DNA from: an uncultured bacterium
Lineage (GTDB): Bacteria; Patescibacteriota; Microgenomatia; Levybacterales; UBA12049
Reading direction: 5' to 3'
DNA length: 64,000 nucleotides
Assembly: GCA_963826535.1 (NCBI GenBank)
Contig: CAWGXL010000001.1
Span: forward strand, 14,336 to 78,335
A program made the position numbers and the translations under genes. The notes beneath the pieces are model-generated. The model did no database searches and had not been told where the DNA came from. It saw only the letters and a program-made list of their open reading frames with translations. This document shows, piece by piece, positions 21,563 through 31,421 of the stretch (position 1 is its first letter; the number at the start of each line of letters is the position of its first letter).

Positions 21563-21766
21563 ATGTATAATTTAGTACAAGTTATGATTGGTAAAACAAA
21601 GCTATTACGAATTAGAGAAGCGGCCGAACTACTAGGTGTTAACCCCCAAACATTAAGGCGTTGGGATAACGAAGGTCGCCTAAAAGCTGTCCGAATAGGG
21701 AAACGGCAAGACAGACGATACAAGATAGAAGACCTTCAAAAGATTATTGACAGCCAAAACAATTAA
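21563..21766 (+). CDS. MerR-type/excisionase-like HTH protein
   Basis: LRIREAAELLGVNPQTLRRWD.EG.L...R...RRY. Confidence 0.85.
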   Translation: MYNLVQVMIGKTKLLRIREAAELLGVNPQTLRRWDNEGRLKAVRIGKRQDRRYKIEDLQKIIDSQNN

Positions 21767-21768
21767 TT

Positions 21769-22563
21769 ATGAATAATATCGCTTCAAATAGTGCTGTCTT
21801 ATTAATTACCAGTATTCCTTCGTCCATAGGAAATTTGTTACAAGATAATACCTTCCAAATAGTATTGTCCGCTTTTCTGGGGGGATTCTTTGCAGCCTTA
21901 TTTTCCAATTACTTTGAATCACGAAGAAGGATGAATCAGCTACGGCGTGACAAATATTTCGAGCATAGAAATACAGTAGTGCAAATCGAACACGAATTAA
22001 TTCCCGTTAGAGTAAATATGTCAAGAAATATCGCGTCTGTTGAAGATGCTCTGCAAAATACAAATGACAATAATATTCGAATAATACTGCGCTTTTATAA
22101 CGTTTCAATAAGTACTGGACTTAGTCTAAAACTTCTAAATTTAGACCTTATTAACGAATACGCCGAAGCATATTCAATGGTGGAATCGCTTAATTCGGAC
22201 TTTCAATACACAAATGGTGTAGTAAACCAAATTATTGAAGACCACAAGCAAGGCAAAATCGATTTTAGCAAGATAGGTGTTTATTTAGAAATGCTTAATT
22301 ACTTAAAATTGCAGTGTGATTTGGTAGATAAAAAGACATTAAATCTATTAACTATGTGTAAGGTAGCAATTAGAGAATCAGAAAAAAAGAAGTTATCGAC
22401 ATATCTTCAAGAAGGTAAGCTTATTAACTATGATTTTGACAAAAAGACTTTAAGTTCAGAGTCAAAAAAAGTTGAAAAAGAAGAAAAGCGCGATGTTAAA
22501 AATGGAATGCCTAGACCGAAATTTGTAGCTTTATACCTAGATTTTAGACGTCAACCAATTTGA
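21769..22563 (+). CDS. Hypothetical single-TM helical protein
   Basis: 264-aa ORF in operon; TM near the N-terminus. Confidence 0.6.
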   Translation: MNNIASNSAVLLITSIPSSIGNLLQDNTFQIVLSAFLGGFFAALFSNYFESRRRMNQLRRDKYFEHRNTVVQIEHELIPVRVNMSRNIASVEDALQNTNDNNIRIILRFYNVSISTGLSLKLLNLDLINEYAEAYSMVESLNSDFQYTNGVVNQIIEDHKQGKIDFSKIGVYLEMLNYLKLQCDLVDKKTLNLLTMCKVAIRESEKKKLSTYLQEGKLINYDFDKKTLSSESKKVEKEEKRDVKNGMPRPKFVALYLDFRRQPI

Positions 22564-23432
22564 TTCAGGCCAAAATGAAACAATATAATTTTTATCGCAA
22601 TAAATCTACCCATATAAGGGATTTTATTTCAAAGTCGCCTTTACTTTCGGCTCATTTTGACGAACCTTACTTTTCTCATATAGCGGCACAAGTAGATTTT
22701 ATGGAAGAAAAAGGCTGGAATGGCCCGATAAATTCCTTCTTCCTTTTCTTTATGGACGATTCTGATAATGGATTCGGACAAACAAAGCGGCTGGAAAAAT
22801 ACCTAAAACTAATAATCGAACATTCAACCACGACAAATGCCGATAGAAGCCATATTAAAGGTCAGATTAAAACAGATAATTCAGTAGATACTTTGTTTGA
22901 AATTAGCATATTAGGAAACTTGCTAAATCAGTTACCACCAGGAGATATTGAACTATTCCCCACTACAGTAGGAAAAAAAGACGTCGAAGCCAGAATTAAA
23001 TTAGATAGTAGGTGGATATACCTAGACGCGACTACACTAAACGATTCCGAAGGGGAAACAAAAGAACTAACAGACTTGCTAAATAAAGGCGGTGGTGTGG
23101 GTAAGGGTATGTGGGTGGATTTTCAAAGGGATACGGATAGATTTATAAAGAAAATGGAATACAAAAGTCCCCAGTTTATGCCAAATACCCCTAATGTTTT
23201 AGTAATATCTATATTTGGTACACGACCATTATTTATTCACGATGAATGGAGTGCAAAATCAGCTACAATCGTGCCTAACATTAGTTTACTTATGGAATTT
23301 GACCGAAAAGACTTAAAGACGACTACTACCGAAAACTGTGACGATAGTTGTCCTTTAAGCGACGTCGAAGTTATGCGTCTAAAAGAACTATTTAGCGGTT
23401 CTGACTACGTACCTTTAGTCTTTGGTTTATAA
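22560..23432 (+). CDS. Hypothetical protein, possible degenerate PD-(D/E)XK fold
   Basis: TLFEI...KKDVE......WIYLDAT pattern; weak. Confidence 0.45.
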   Translation: MIQAKMKQYNFYRNKSTHIRDFISKSPLLSAHFDEPYFSHIAAQVDFMEEKGWNGPINSFFLFFMDDSDNGFGQTKRLEKYLKLIIEHSTTTNADRSHIKGQIKTDNSVDTLFEISILGNLLNQLPPGDIELFPTTVGKKDVEARIKLDSRWIYLDATTLNDSEGETKELTDLLNKGGGVGKGMWVDFQRDTDRFIKKMEYKSPQFMPNTPNVLVISIFGTRPLFIHDEWSAKSATIVPNISLLMEFDRKDLKTTTTENCDDSCPLSDVEVMRLKELFSGSDYVPLVFGL

Positions 23433-23931
23433 CAATATGAATTTGCCTTTTACACCTACATTTTTTAAGAAGCTAGATATTTACCAGCAACTTGTTGATT
23501 ATGAAAAAGCTGTCGATATTAAGCCTATCTGGAAGGCCGAAAAAGTAGTTTTGTTTTGGGCTATCGGTCGAGGCCACCAGCACATAGGTTCATATATTAG
23601 CACTGGCAATGTTAAAGACGCGCTTGAAATGGAAGTTAAAGAAAATGGAAAGCTCGGCGAAAGTGCTGTTGCCTACGCGGTACATATTCAGCAAGTGCTA
23701 GACGCACTTGTCGTTCGAGGTCTAGCAGAAGCACACCATGCGAATAGTAGCGTTAGGATTAACCAGAATGGATTTATTGCAGGCAAAATTTTAGAAGAAA
23801 CGGATTTTTTAAGTAGAACTTTCAAATACAGAGTGTGGACGTGGCTATGGTGGGGCTTGCTAATAATGGCGACTATTATTTTAGTAAACCAGACTATAAA
23901 TGCACTGCTAGGGATTTTTAATATAAGTTAG
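23422..23931 (+). CDS. Hypothetical protein with C-terminal TM
   Basis: ORF in operon with hydrophobic C-terminus. Confidence 0.55.
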   Translation: MVYNNMNLPFTPTFFKKLDIYQQLVDYEKAVDIKPIWKAEKVVLFWAIGRGHQHIGSYISTGNVKDALEMEVKENGKLGESAVAYAVHIQQVLDALVVRGLAEAHHANSSVRINQNGFIAGKILEETDFLSRTFKYRVWTWLWWGLLIMATIILVNQTINALLGIFNIS

Positions 23932-24404
23932 GCAATCGGCGACCAGTTTTGAATGTTACTCATTAGCTTTTTACATTCTTCCCGTAATACGCCACCCTTA
24001 ACTTCTATTGTTCCACCACCGATTGGCGTCATATTTTTAGCGTGTTCTTCTGCGTGGTAGTTTGATATTTCGTATGGATTGCCTTCAACGTCTTCTTTGT
24101 ATGCGCCGAATATAATTCGTGATAATCCAGTCCAGCCAGCACAGCCTAGACACATAGAACATGATTCGAGGGTCGAATAAAGGGTACAGCCAGACAAGTC
24201 TAAAGAATTTAGCTTTTGACAAGCCGCTTTCATACATTCTGTTTCGCCGTGTGCGGAAGGGTCTTTTTTCGGCCAAACTAAACTCCACCCAGTAGCAATA
24301 ACTTCACCGTCTTTAACCATAACCGCGCCAATTGGCGCACCGCCAGCCGCTACTGATTTTTTAGCTTCTTCAATTGCCAGTTTTATAAAATGTTCGTCAG
24401 TCAT
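23928..24404 (-). CDS. Zn-dependent nucleoside/guanine deaminase
   Basis: PIGAV, DPSAHGE, LYSTLESCSMC. Confidence 0.9.
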   Translation of the reverse strand: MTDEHFIKLAIEEAKKSVAAGGAPIGAVMVKDGEVIATGWSLVWPKKDPSAHGETECMKAACQKLNSLDLSGCTLYSTLESCSMCLGCAGWTGLSRIIFGAYKEDVEGNPYEISNYHAEEHAKNMTPIGGGTIEVKGGVLREECKKLMSNIQNWSPIA

Positions 24405-25345
24405 ATTAAATTTATTGGTTTACCGTTTACGTAACTTTCTGTGTTGGCTGTTACCATTTCCGCTAAGTTTTCAAAAGATTCCTTTGTGTACCATGCGCCA
24501 TGTGGCGTAATAACTGTATTTTCTAGGGTTAGTAAGGGATTTGATTTATTCCATTCTGCAAGGGTATCTAAGCCAGCCCCAGCGATTACACCGTCTTTTA
24601 GAGCATTGTAGAGGGCTTGCGTGTCGACTATCTTACCGCGTGCCGTGTTGACTAGTACCGCGTGCTTTTTCATTGTTTTAAGCTGGTTTGTTCCTATCAT
24701 GCCTTCGGATTCACTATTAAGTGGGGTATGAAGTGACACAACGTCGCTATCTCTAAGTAATTTATCTAAACTAACCATTTCAATGTTCGGGATTGTTTTT
24801 GTCGAACGATTGAAGGCTATAACTCGCATTCCGATACCGTTACCGATTTCAGCTACACGTCTTCCGATACTTCCTAGACCTATGACACCCAGGGTTTTAC
24901 CTTGTAAATTAAATCCTAAAAGGGGTAACTGGGATTTGTCGGCGGGGTCAATTTCGTAAGGTTTTTCTCGAACCTTTTTATCCATTTGTACCAGGTTGCG
25001 AACTACTGCAAACATTAAAGCTATGGCATGTTCCGCTACCGCTTCGGAAGAATAACCAGGGATATTTGATATTAAAATCCCTTTTTCCCTTGCGGCTTCT
25101 AGGTCTACTAAGTCGAATCCTATTGAATTTATGGATATGTATTTAAGATTTTTAGCAGAAGACAGAACCTTTTTATTAAGCGGGGAAACAAAACAATCTG
25201 CAATGGCTAATTCTACGTCGCTTAGTCGGTCAATCGCTTTTTCTTCTGTGTCAGTGTCGTTATAAATAGCTACTTCACCGAGCTTTTTAAGTCGTTCGAT
25301 ATGTCTATCTTTAAGAAAACATTCATTTAGTACTGCAATTTTCAT
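24401..25345 (-). CDS. D-2-hydroxyacid dehydrogenase
   Basis: GVIGLGSIG, VNTARG, TPH.AW. Confidence 0.92.
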   Translation of the reverse strand: MKIAVLNECFLKDRHIERLKKLGEVAIYNDTDTEEKAIDRLSDVELAIADCFVSPLNKKVLSSAKNLKYISINSIGFDLVDLEAAREKGILISNIPGYSSEAVAEHAIALMFAVVRNLVQMDKKVREKPYEIDPADKSQLPLLGFNLQGKTLGVIGLGSIGRRVAEIGNGIGMRVIAFNRSTKTIPNIEMVSLDKLLRDSDVVSLHTPLNSESEGMIGTNQLKTMKKHAVLVNTARGKIVDTQALYNALKDGVIAGAGLDTLAEWNKSNPLLTLENTVITPHGAWYTKESFENLAEMVTANTESYVNGKPINLI

Positions 25346-25407
25346 AATTTTATTTCAGGCAATATGTTTACTCTATATTCTACCAAAGTATAACCCAGGT
25401 GTCGCTA

Positions 25408-26028
25408 TTATGATTGTGCTTTTCTAGCTTCTTGTTCCTTACTTTTAACATAATCGTAATGTCGGTTAAGAATTTCCTCTAATAATCTAGCTTCTTCTTC
25501 ATTTTGTGGCGCACCGAGCTGGCTTGAACCCTTTTCGTTTGCCTCGGCTTCTTCCCGTTTTTCAAAATATCGACTTTTATCTAGCCACCACATAGCTACT
25601 TTAACGTTTGGCTGGATTGCATTAAGAAGAATGTAGGTAGGTTCTTTAGTAATCGGGTGAATATATTCATAATAGCCAGGGTTGCGCCCTACCATAGCCC
25701 AGTACAGGACTTCTAAGGCTACTATTTCTACGTTTGCTTTCGCTAGGCTAGCTACCCGCCGAAATTCTTCTGACTTCGCCATGTATTTCTGTCGTGTATT
25801 TTCAGGTATTTGCGCCCATTCAGAGGCATATTTATAGCTTGCACCCATAGACAAATAGAATAGAAAATTATGAAGTTTTTCGGCGGTTAGTTCTATTTTT
25901 CTACCACGGCCTTTAAGGTCTTCCGCTTCGGACAATTCCTTAACAATTTTTCGATAAACACCGTCGGTAACGTGCTGTTTAATAAAGTCGTTATCGTGGT
26001 TTTTAGTTTTAATCAGTTTGTTATTCAT
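25408..26028 (-). CDS. Phage terminase-small-subunit-like protein
   Basis: HTH (G.S...A...A.I...T...Y....EEF), helical middle, AMWWL motif. Confidence 0.45.
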   Translation of the reverse strand: MNNKLIKTKNHDNDFIKQHVTDGVYRKIVKELSEAEDLKGRGRKIELTAEKLHNFLFYLSMGASYKYASEWAQIPENTRQKYMAKSEEFRRVASLAKANVEIVALEVLYWAMVGRNPGYYEYIHPITKEPTYILLNAIQPNVKVAMWWLDKSRYFEKREEAEANEKGSSQLGAPQNEEEARLLEEILNRHYDYVKSKEQEARKAQS

Positions 26029-26030
26029 AT

Positions 26031-26174
26031 TTAGGCTGAGATGTACTTGTCGCCAGGTGAAAACAAGTTACCACTGGTCGCATAGTGGAGGATTTTAATA
26101 TCTATGTCGTCGTAGTAAAATTGAAGCGGAAGGATTTCTTGACGCTTTAGTTCCATGTCAGAAATGCTGTCCCA
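26031..26174 (-). other. Detached 47-aa C-terminal tail of recombinase 1 (WDSISDMELK...KYISA*)
   Basis: In frame with ...NAEL when the ends are joined at CAC; stop lies 2 nt before the next ATG. Confidence 0.8.
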
Positions 26175-27688
26175 CCCAATAGGGTAGAGGTGTTTTTTTC
26201 ATCTTTTACAGCCTTGTATCCGAGGCCAATTTCACTGGTTCGAAATTCTTTTCCATCCCAAACAACGCCCTGAGGAAAAATCGAACCGCAAATAGCAACT
26301 CTCCCCTCCGGTGAAGCGTCAAGCCATGCTCTGTCTAGGTGTGATAAATAATAAACAATAAATTCAAGAATTGTGTCTATGTCAACCTCCATCATTTTCT
26401 TTTCCGCAAGTAATCCTTTTTTGGTTACAATTTCCGAATCATACTCATTTTTCATTTCTAAATATTCTGCGTCTGAATAAATCCCTTCTACGTTTTTTTG
26501 TCTGGCTATTTTCTTAGCGGCTTCAAATTCTTCTATGTCCTGCTCAACAATTTTTCTGGTACGGATACTTTCATCATATTGAGTATGGTATTTCTCCTTT
26601 ATAAACTCTACATACCATTTGAGCCAATCCTCATCATAGTTGATTGTCTTTAAATACTCGCCAAATTTTTCTTCAAGCGTATCTCTGTTGTAGGAGTATA
26701 TTTTGTGAAGTCCGCGAGACTGGCAATAATAAAGCGGCACTTTCTGGGATCGTCCCTGAGACCATGAGGAGGTCATAGGCCGCCCGCAATCTTTACACCT
26801 GAGTATTTTTCTAAGTTTAAAATCTTCCCGCAGTGAATTGTAATGACTGCTCTTTGGCTTTCTCCCTGCGAGAATGTCTCTTACTCTGTAAAATAAAATG
26901 TCATCAATCATAGGCTCATGCTTGCCTTGTGTTTCTCCGTATTTTTTAGATACAAGAATACCCATATAAAACTTGTTTGAAAATATTTGCGTCAAGGCTT
27001 TTGAGGTAAACTTTTTGAAAAGCCTATTGTTTTTTGATTTGACCTTATATTTATTGAGATAATTTGCTACATCGTTAAGCGACCAGCCCTCAAAACCAAC
27101 CTTCTTCCACATTACCTGCATAACTGTAAATGTCTCAATGTCTTTTATTGCCATTGATTTTCCATTTACTTTTACCATTAAATAGCCGAATGGCGGCTTA
27201 CTGGTAATATATCCTTCAAAAAACCGCCTCCTTAGTGAATTTGCTACATTTTGCGCTCTTGTCTCATTTTCTAATTGATTGATTGCCGCGAATACTGTTT
27301 CGAGGAATGTATCAACCGGCTTTTTGCCCGTTGGTTCTGAATAGGAGAGAAGATCAACTCCCGCTCTTGAGAGGAGGCCGCGAATTGCTAGGTGATTTTC
27401 TGTATTGCGGTTAAGCCGGGACAAGGAATAAACAAATATTGCCGAGATATTATTTTTCTTATTCAGGCAATAAGCAAGCATTTGTTGAAGTTCAGGCCGT
27501 TTGGTGGTTGTAGCTGATAACCCTTCTTCTCGATAGACTTTTATAACCTCATATCCAAGTTGCTCTGCCCGTTTTCTACAAAGCTCCTCTTGAGAATCAA
27601 GGCTGTACCCGTCAACCTGCTTTTCAGAACTTACGCGGGTATACAGTACACAGCTTTTTTTCATCTCATCTTTGCCTACAGTATTCAT
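26147..27688 (-). CDS. Large serine recombinase 2; last residues read out of frame into element 1
   Basis: YTRVSS, EEGLSA, SRLNR, PPFGY, LRC.DC zinc ribbon. Confidence 0.95.
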   Translation of the reverse strand: MNTVGKDEMKKSCVLYTRVSSEKQVDGYSLDSQEELCRKRAEQLGYEVIKVYREEGLSATTTKRPELQQMLAYCLNKKNNISAIFVYSLSRLNRNTENHLAIRGLLSRAGVDLLSYSEPTGKKPVDTFLETVFAAINQLENETRAQNVANSLRRRFFEGYITSKPPFGYLMVKVNGKSMAIKDIETFTVMQVMWKKVGFEGWSLNDVANYLNKYKVKSKNNRLFKKFTSKALTQIFSNKFYMGILVSKKYGETQGKHEPMIDDILFYRVRDILAGRKPKSSHYNSLREDFKLRKILRCKDCGRPMTSSWSQGRSQKVPLYYCQSRGLHKIYSYNRDTLEEKFGEYLKTINYDEDWLKWYVEFIKEKYHTQYDESIRTRKIVEQDIEEFEAAKKIARQKNVEGIYSDAEYLEMKNEYDSEIVTKKGLLAEKKMMEVDIDTILEFIVYYLSHLDRAWLDASPEGRVAICGSIFPQGVVWDGKEFRTSEIGLGYKAVKDEKNTSTLLGGTAFLTWN

Positions 27689-27885
27689 AGTTTCCTCATG
27701 ATTGTCAAGTTTTCATTATTTTTGCAGCGAGTTCGTTTCAGACTTATTCTTTTTTGCCTCCCGCGCTCTAGTGCAAAAAGCACATCCAGTGTTTTATCTG
27801 TCCGGCTAATAAGTTCAAGCACTTCATCATCTTTTAGACGGCTTATTTTAGAGCCTAGAATTTGTCTTGTTTTTTCAATGGTCAT
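27685..27885 (-). CDS. Small protein coupled to recombinase 2
   Basis: ATGA overlap with the recombinase start. Confidence 0.6.
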   Translation of the reverse strand: MTIEKTRQILGSKISRLKDDEVLELISRTDKTLDVLFALERGRQKRISLKRTRCKNNENLTIMRKL

Positions 27886-28450
27886 ATTTTACGCCTCCAG
27901 CATGGTTTTGTTTTCTTCTTCTTTTTTTTCGAAATTTAATTAGATGGGTAAAATAAGCGGCAGGATTCTTAATAGTTTCTTGACCGGATTGGTGGAGTTC
28001 ACTCATTTGTCTGATTACACGATTGATAGCTCTTGGATTCCAATTTTGTGCTATGTATAGCCAATGCCCGTCTTTACTTTTGTAATCTACAAACAATTGC
28101 TCTAATAACTTGGAGATTTTTATTGGCGGCGTTTTATAATTGTATGCTTCCAGTTCCGTGATTACTTTGTGTTTATTTTTTGATAGCTCGGAGTTTACAA
28201 CTTGTTTACGAGCACCATTACCATTCCCATTAACATGAACGCTCACATTTGTCGTTAAAGAGTTATCTTCGGATGAATGGTTAAGAGGGAACGATGCTAA
28301 GTGTTCGTTTTCTGATTCTGCAAGCGACTCACAGGCTAAAAGCTGATCATAAACGTCAAAAAGCTTATTCTCAAGATCGGATTCGGCATTATAGACATGC
28401 TTAATCCTGCGTATTACTTCTTCTTTCGGTAAATTATATGGGTATTCCAT
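27875..28450 (-). CDS. Hypothetical, possible replication-associated protein
   Basis: C-terminal IKNPAAYF motif. Confidence 0.45.
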   Translation of the reverse strand: MEYPYNLPKEEVIRRIKHVYNAESDLENKLFDVYDQLLACESLAESENEHLASFPLNHSSEDNSLTTNVSVHVNGNGNGARKQVVNSELSKNKHKVITELEAYNYKTPPIKISKLLEQLFVDYKSKDGHWLYIAQNWNPRAINRVIRQMSELHQSGQETIKNPAAYFTHLIKFRKKRRRKQNHAGGVKYDH

Positions 28451-28467
28451 TTTTAAGGAGCAGATTT

Positions 28468-28740
28468 CTAAATCGCCTTCTTTTGTTTTATTTCAAAAAT
28501 AATATCTCTGAAAGTTTCTAGGGCATCTAGGAGGTCTTTTGGTTGCACAAGAGGAGCTGTACGGCTTATAAAAGCATTAACAAGCTGTTGTGCATCCGAT
28601 AACGGGGAAAATTGAAAATAGAGAACCGTGCCCTCCAATCTCGTACCTACAAATTTGATTGACTGCTGGGTCAGTAGAAAAGGAATGATGTGCTTATCGC
28701 GGGTTTCAAATAATACATCTGTTTTCGTTTTATCCTTCAT
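28468..28740 (-). CDS. DUF5659-like small protein
   Basis: FETRD...FL.......F.F pattern. Confidence 0.5.
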   Translation of the reverse strand: MKDKTKTDVLFETRDKHIIPFLLTQQSIKFVGTRLEGTVLYFQFSPLSDAQQLVNAFISRTAPLVQPKDLLDALETFRDIIFEIKQKKAI

Positions 28741-28825
28741 GTTAAAAGGATACTAATTGATGAAAAAGAGTAAGCACAAATGAAGAAATGCATTAATTTG
28801 AGGCTGAAAAATTGTTTAAAAAGGA

Positions 28826-29362
28826 TTAAGAAAGTAACTGTGAAGCTAATTTTTCGGCTATTACATCATTGCTCAACATGCAATTCAATTCGCAATAACC
28901 CTTTGTACTAAAAGATAATTTATAACCTACGGGCATCCACCACTCATTAATTTTTTTTAGACTATTTTTTAAAAATTCATCGTACTTTTTTTTACTATTA
29001 CGATAATCTTTTTCAAGCAATTTTCTTCTATTTATTCGCTTTCCTAAGATATTTAGAGCTGTAGTATTATTTATTCTTAATCCATGTTTTGGCATCAACT
29101 TCCCTTGATAAATTCTTAATTTGTCTAAATATCTACCTAGCTTTGCATACTTCTTATATTTTTTGTCAAAACTTCCGTCATTTCTCATCATGGGTATAGC
29201 CATTTCAAGAAGATAGGGGTAATCAAAAGCCTTAATTTTTTCATCTAAACGCTTTCTTAAATTTGTACTAGCAGCAACTATATCATTGCTGTATCGGCCA
29301 AGCAAACTTAGAGCAGAATTATCCTTCAAAGTATACTTTTCATCTTGCATCTTCATAATCAA
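28826..29362 (-). CDS. Hypothetical basic protein
   Basis: 178-aa ORF. Confidence 0.5.
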   Translation of the reverse strand: MIMKMQDEKYTLKDNSALSLLGRYSNDIVAASTNLRKRLDEKIKAFDYPYLLEMAIPMMRNDGSFDKKYKKYAKLGRYLDKLRIYQGKLMPKHGLRINNTTALNILGKRINRRKLLEKDYRNSKKKYDEFLKNSLKKINEWWMPVGYKLSFSTKGYCELNCMLSNDVIAEKLASQLLS

Positions 29363-29429
29363 TCCTTTCTCTAACAGAGGTTATTATTTTATAAACAAGA
29401 GTAGTTTAAGTCAAATTTTCCAATTTTAT

Positions 29430-29654
29430 CTAAACTATTGAAGGATATAATTCATCCACTGGAATATGTAGGCCTTTTGCCAATCTATAAAGGCTGTATG
29501 CAGATGGCAACCGCTTGCCTGTTTCCAAAAGGTTTATATAAGTTCTGTAAAATCCGCATTGATGGGCTAACTCATCTTGAGAAAGTCCTTTTTTAGTTCT
29601 TATTTTCTTAACATTCCCGCCCACAATTTCTTTAAATTTCTCCCGGCTCAGCAT
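29430..29654 (-). CDS. XRE-family HTH regulator
   Basis: IR..KGLSQDELA......TYI..LE.GKR.PS. Confidence 0.9.
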   Translation of the reverse strand: MLSREKFKEIVGGNVKKIRTKKGLSQDELAHQCGFYRTYINLLETGKRLPSAYSLYRLAKGLHIPVDELYPSIV

Positions 29655-29773
29655 ATAGCCCAATTTTGCCAACATTCGCACAATTGCGCTTCGCACAGAA
29701 GGTAGAATTAGATGTTGATTTACCTTATTTAAAAGCGTAATAATAAAATCAAGCCCATTCTCAATAAGCAATT

Positions 29774-30184
29774 ATGGTGATATTAATGATTTACATTCTT
29801 AGCTTGGCAATTTATCTCTATGTTTTTATGTATCAAAGAACGACTTTAAACATCGCAAGAGTGTTGGATATGCCTGTTAATGAAACAAAGGCGATACTAA
29901 CTCCGGGTTGGGTCGTTGTTCTTGGACTGATTGGTACTTTAGGCGTCTATGGAACGCCAATTCTTATATGGATTTGGGTTGGATTTCTTCAGGCACTATT
30001 AGCTTCAATATTTAGTGTCGTTATATGTGTATTTAGTCCGATTCCACATAGATATTATTTTAAAATGATTTTGAACCACCTCAGTTCACAAATTCAAAAA
30101 TCAGACGGGGGAAAACAAGAGGCTTATAAAGCTCTTAAAGAATCAATAATTGGAATTGAAAAGAGGTATTCAATTACTAAATAG
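29774..30184 (+). CDS. Hypothetical membrane protein
   Basis: Three hydrophobic segments. Confidence 0.6.
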   Translation: MVILMIYILSLAIYLYVFMYQRTTLNIARVLDMPVNETKAILTPGWVVVLGLIGTLGVYGTPILIWIWVGFLQALLASIFSVVICVFSPIPHRYYFKMILNHLSSQIQKSDGGKQEAYKALKESIIGIEKRYSITK

Positions 30185-30202
30185 GTTAATTGAGAAAAAG
30201 AT

Positions 30203-31078
30203 ATGATCGAAAAATGCGGGAAGTGCGGGTTTGAAAACAAGGAGGGAAGTTTATTCTGCCAGAAATGCGGCTCTCAACTTATTACAAAAGATGTTTCATT
30301 TATACAGAAAATTCAAGGCGGAACGCTTTTAAAAAAGACTTTTTGGGCACTCACATTAGTTGTTGTTGTGATTATGCTTATTTGGCTATCCCCAAAAAAT
30401 GATTCTATAAAATCTACTAGTTACACAGCCGTTTCGCCTACATCTGACCCTGACCCAATTATCGATTGTCAGTTTAGAAATCTTCCGTGGCAAAAGATGA
30501 AAAGTTCTGAATGTGCTACGTCTTATGAATGTCCAGTTGATGATAAATGGATTATTTATAAGTCGCAGGAGGAATGTTCAGCAGCTCAGAATGACCCTAA
30601 TCTATTAACTATGTGTCCATTTAAATACTTGCCATCACATATAATGAAAAAATCAGAATGCGAAAAAGCTGTAGAGTGTCAAATTGGAGGCAAATGGTAT
30701 GTTTACTTTTCTCAAAGTCAATGCACTCAATATCAATCCCTTGAGGTATCAAATGACTGGTCAAAATATAGAGCTGCTCGGATTCAGGATTTAAAAGCAG
30801 CATTGAAGATAACTGAAGATCAAATTGAATATTATAAGAATGAACTAGAGAAAACAACAAAAGAATATGAACAAATTGTTTCTCTTTATCGGGCTGGTGA
30901 GAGGACAAAGTCAGAATTTGAAACAGTATCAAAATATTTTATTGAAACTGATAATTTTATCCGGGCTACCCTGATAGAACTGGCGAAAGAAGCCGATGCT
31001 TATGATAGTCTTATATTCAGATTTCAAAATGGAGAAAACGTAACTCCAGAAGAAGAAAAAGCTATTGTTGGGCATTAA
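30203..31078 (+). CDS. Zinc-ribbon + TM + Cys-repeat + coiled-coil protein
   Basis: C..CG.....FC.KCG; two C.F..LP...MK.SEC....EC....KW repeats. Confidence 0.7.
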   Translation: MIEKCGKCGFENKEGSLFCQKCGSQLITKDVSFIQKIQGGTLLKKTFWALTLVVVVIMLIWLSPKNDSIKSTSYTAVSPTSDPDPIIDCQFRNLPWQKMKSSECATSYECPVDDKWIIYKSQEECSAAQNDPNLLTMCPFKYLPSHIMKKSECEKAVECQIGGKWYVYFSQSQCTQYQSLEVSNDWSKYRAARIQDLKAALKITEDQIEYYKNELEKTTKEYEQIVSLYRAGERTKSEFETVSKYFIETDNFIRATLIELAKEADAYDSLIFRFQNGENVTPEEEKAIVGH

Positions 31079-31095
31079 TTTTTACTTAAAGAAAA

Positions 31096-31404
31096 ATGAA
31101 TTTCAAGACATTATTTAAGTACTTATTAATAATAGGATTAATCTTAATCCTGTACTTAGGCTATTCTTATATTATGAATTTTGTTTTTCCATCAGAAGAA
31201 AGACAGAAGCAATTAAACTCCTATAATTATCCTGCCGGATTCAAATTGAGTTTCATTAACACTTGCATACCAACGGCAAATGAAACCCTGTGTAAGTGTG
31301 CTCTTGAGTTTTATGAATCAAGATATACTTATGGCGAGTATGTAAAGGTAGGAAGCAAGGAAGAAATTAAGGCTGAAATGCGTAAATATTGTCTTGCTGA
31401 ATAA
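31096..31404 (+). CDS. Small membrane-anchored Cys protein
   Basis: N-terminal TM; F...C...C.C motif. Confidence 0.6.
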   Translation: MNFKTLFKYLLIIGLILILYLGYSYIMNFVFPSEERQKQLNSYNYPAGFKLSFINTCIPTANETLCKCALEFYESRYTYGEYVKVGSKEEIKAEMRKYCLAE

Positions 31405-31421
31405 AGAGATAATATCCACTC

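Larger units (their letters stand above)
19383..26175. mobile_element. Element 1: 6793-bp serine-recombinase integrative element, satellite-like
   Basis: Joined ends form a near-palindromic attP (17/20 arm match) around AC; recombinase, Xis-like HTH and TerS-like gene present. Confidence 0.88.

Noticed and set aside
29642-29652. CCCGGCTCAGC att-like match
   Set aside because: Lies inside the XRE gene start with no CAC core or upstream motif.
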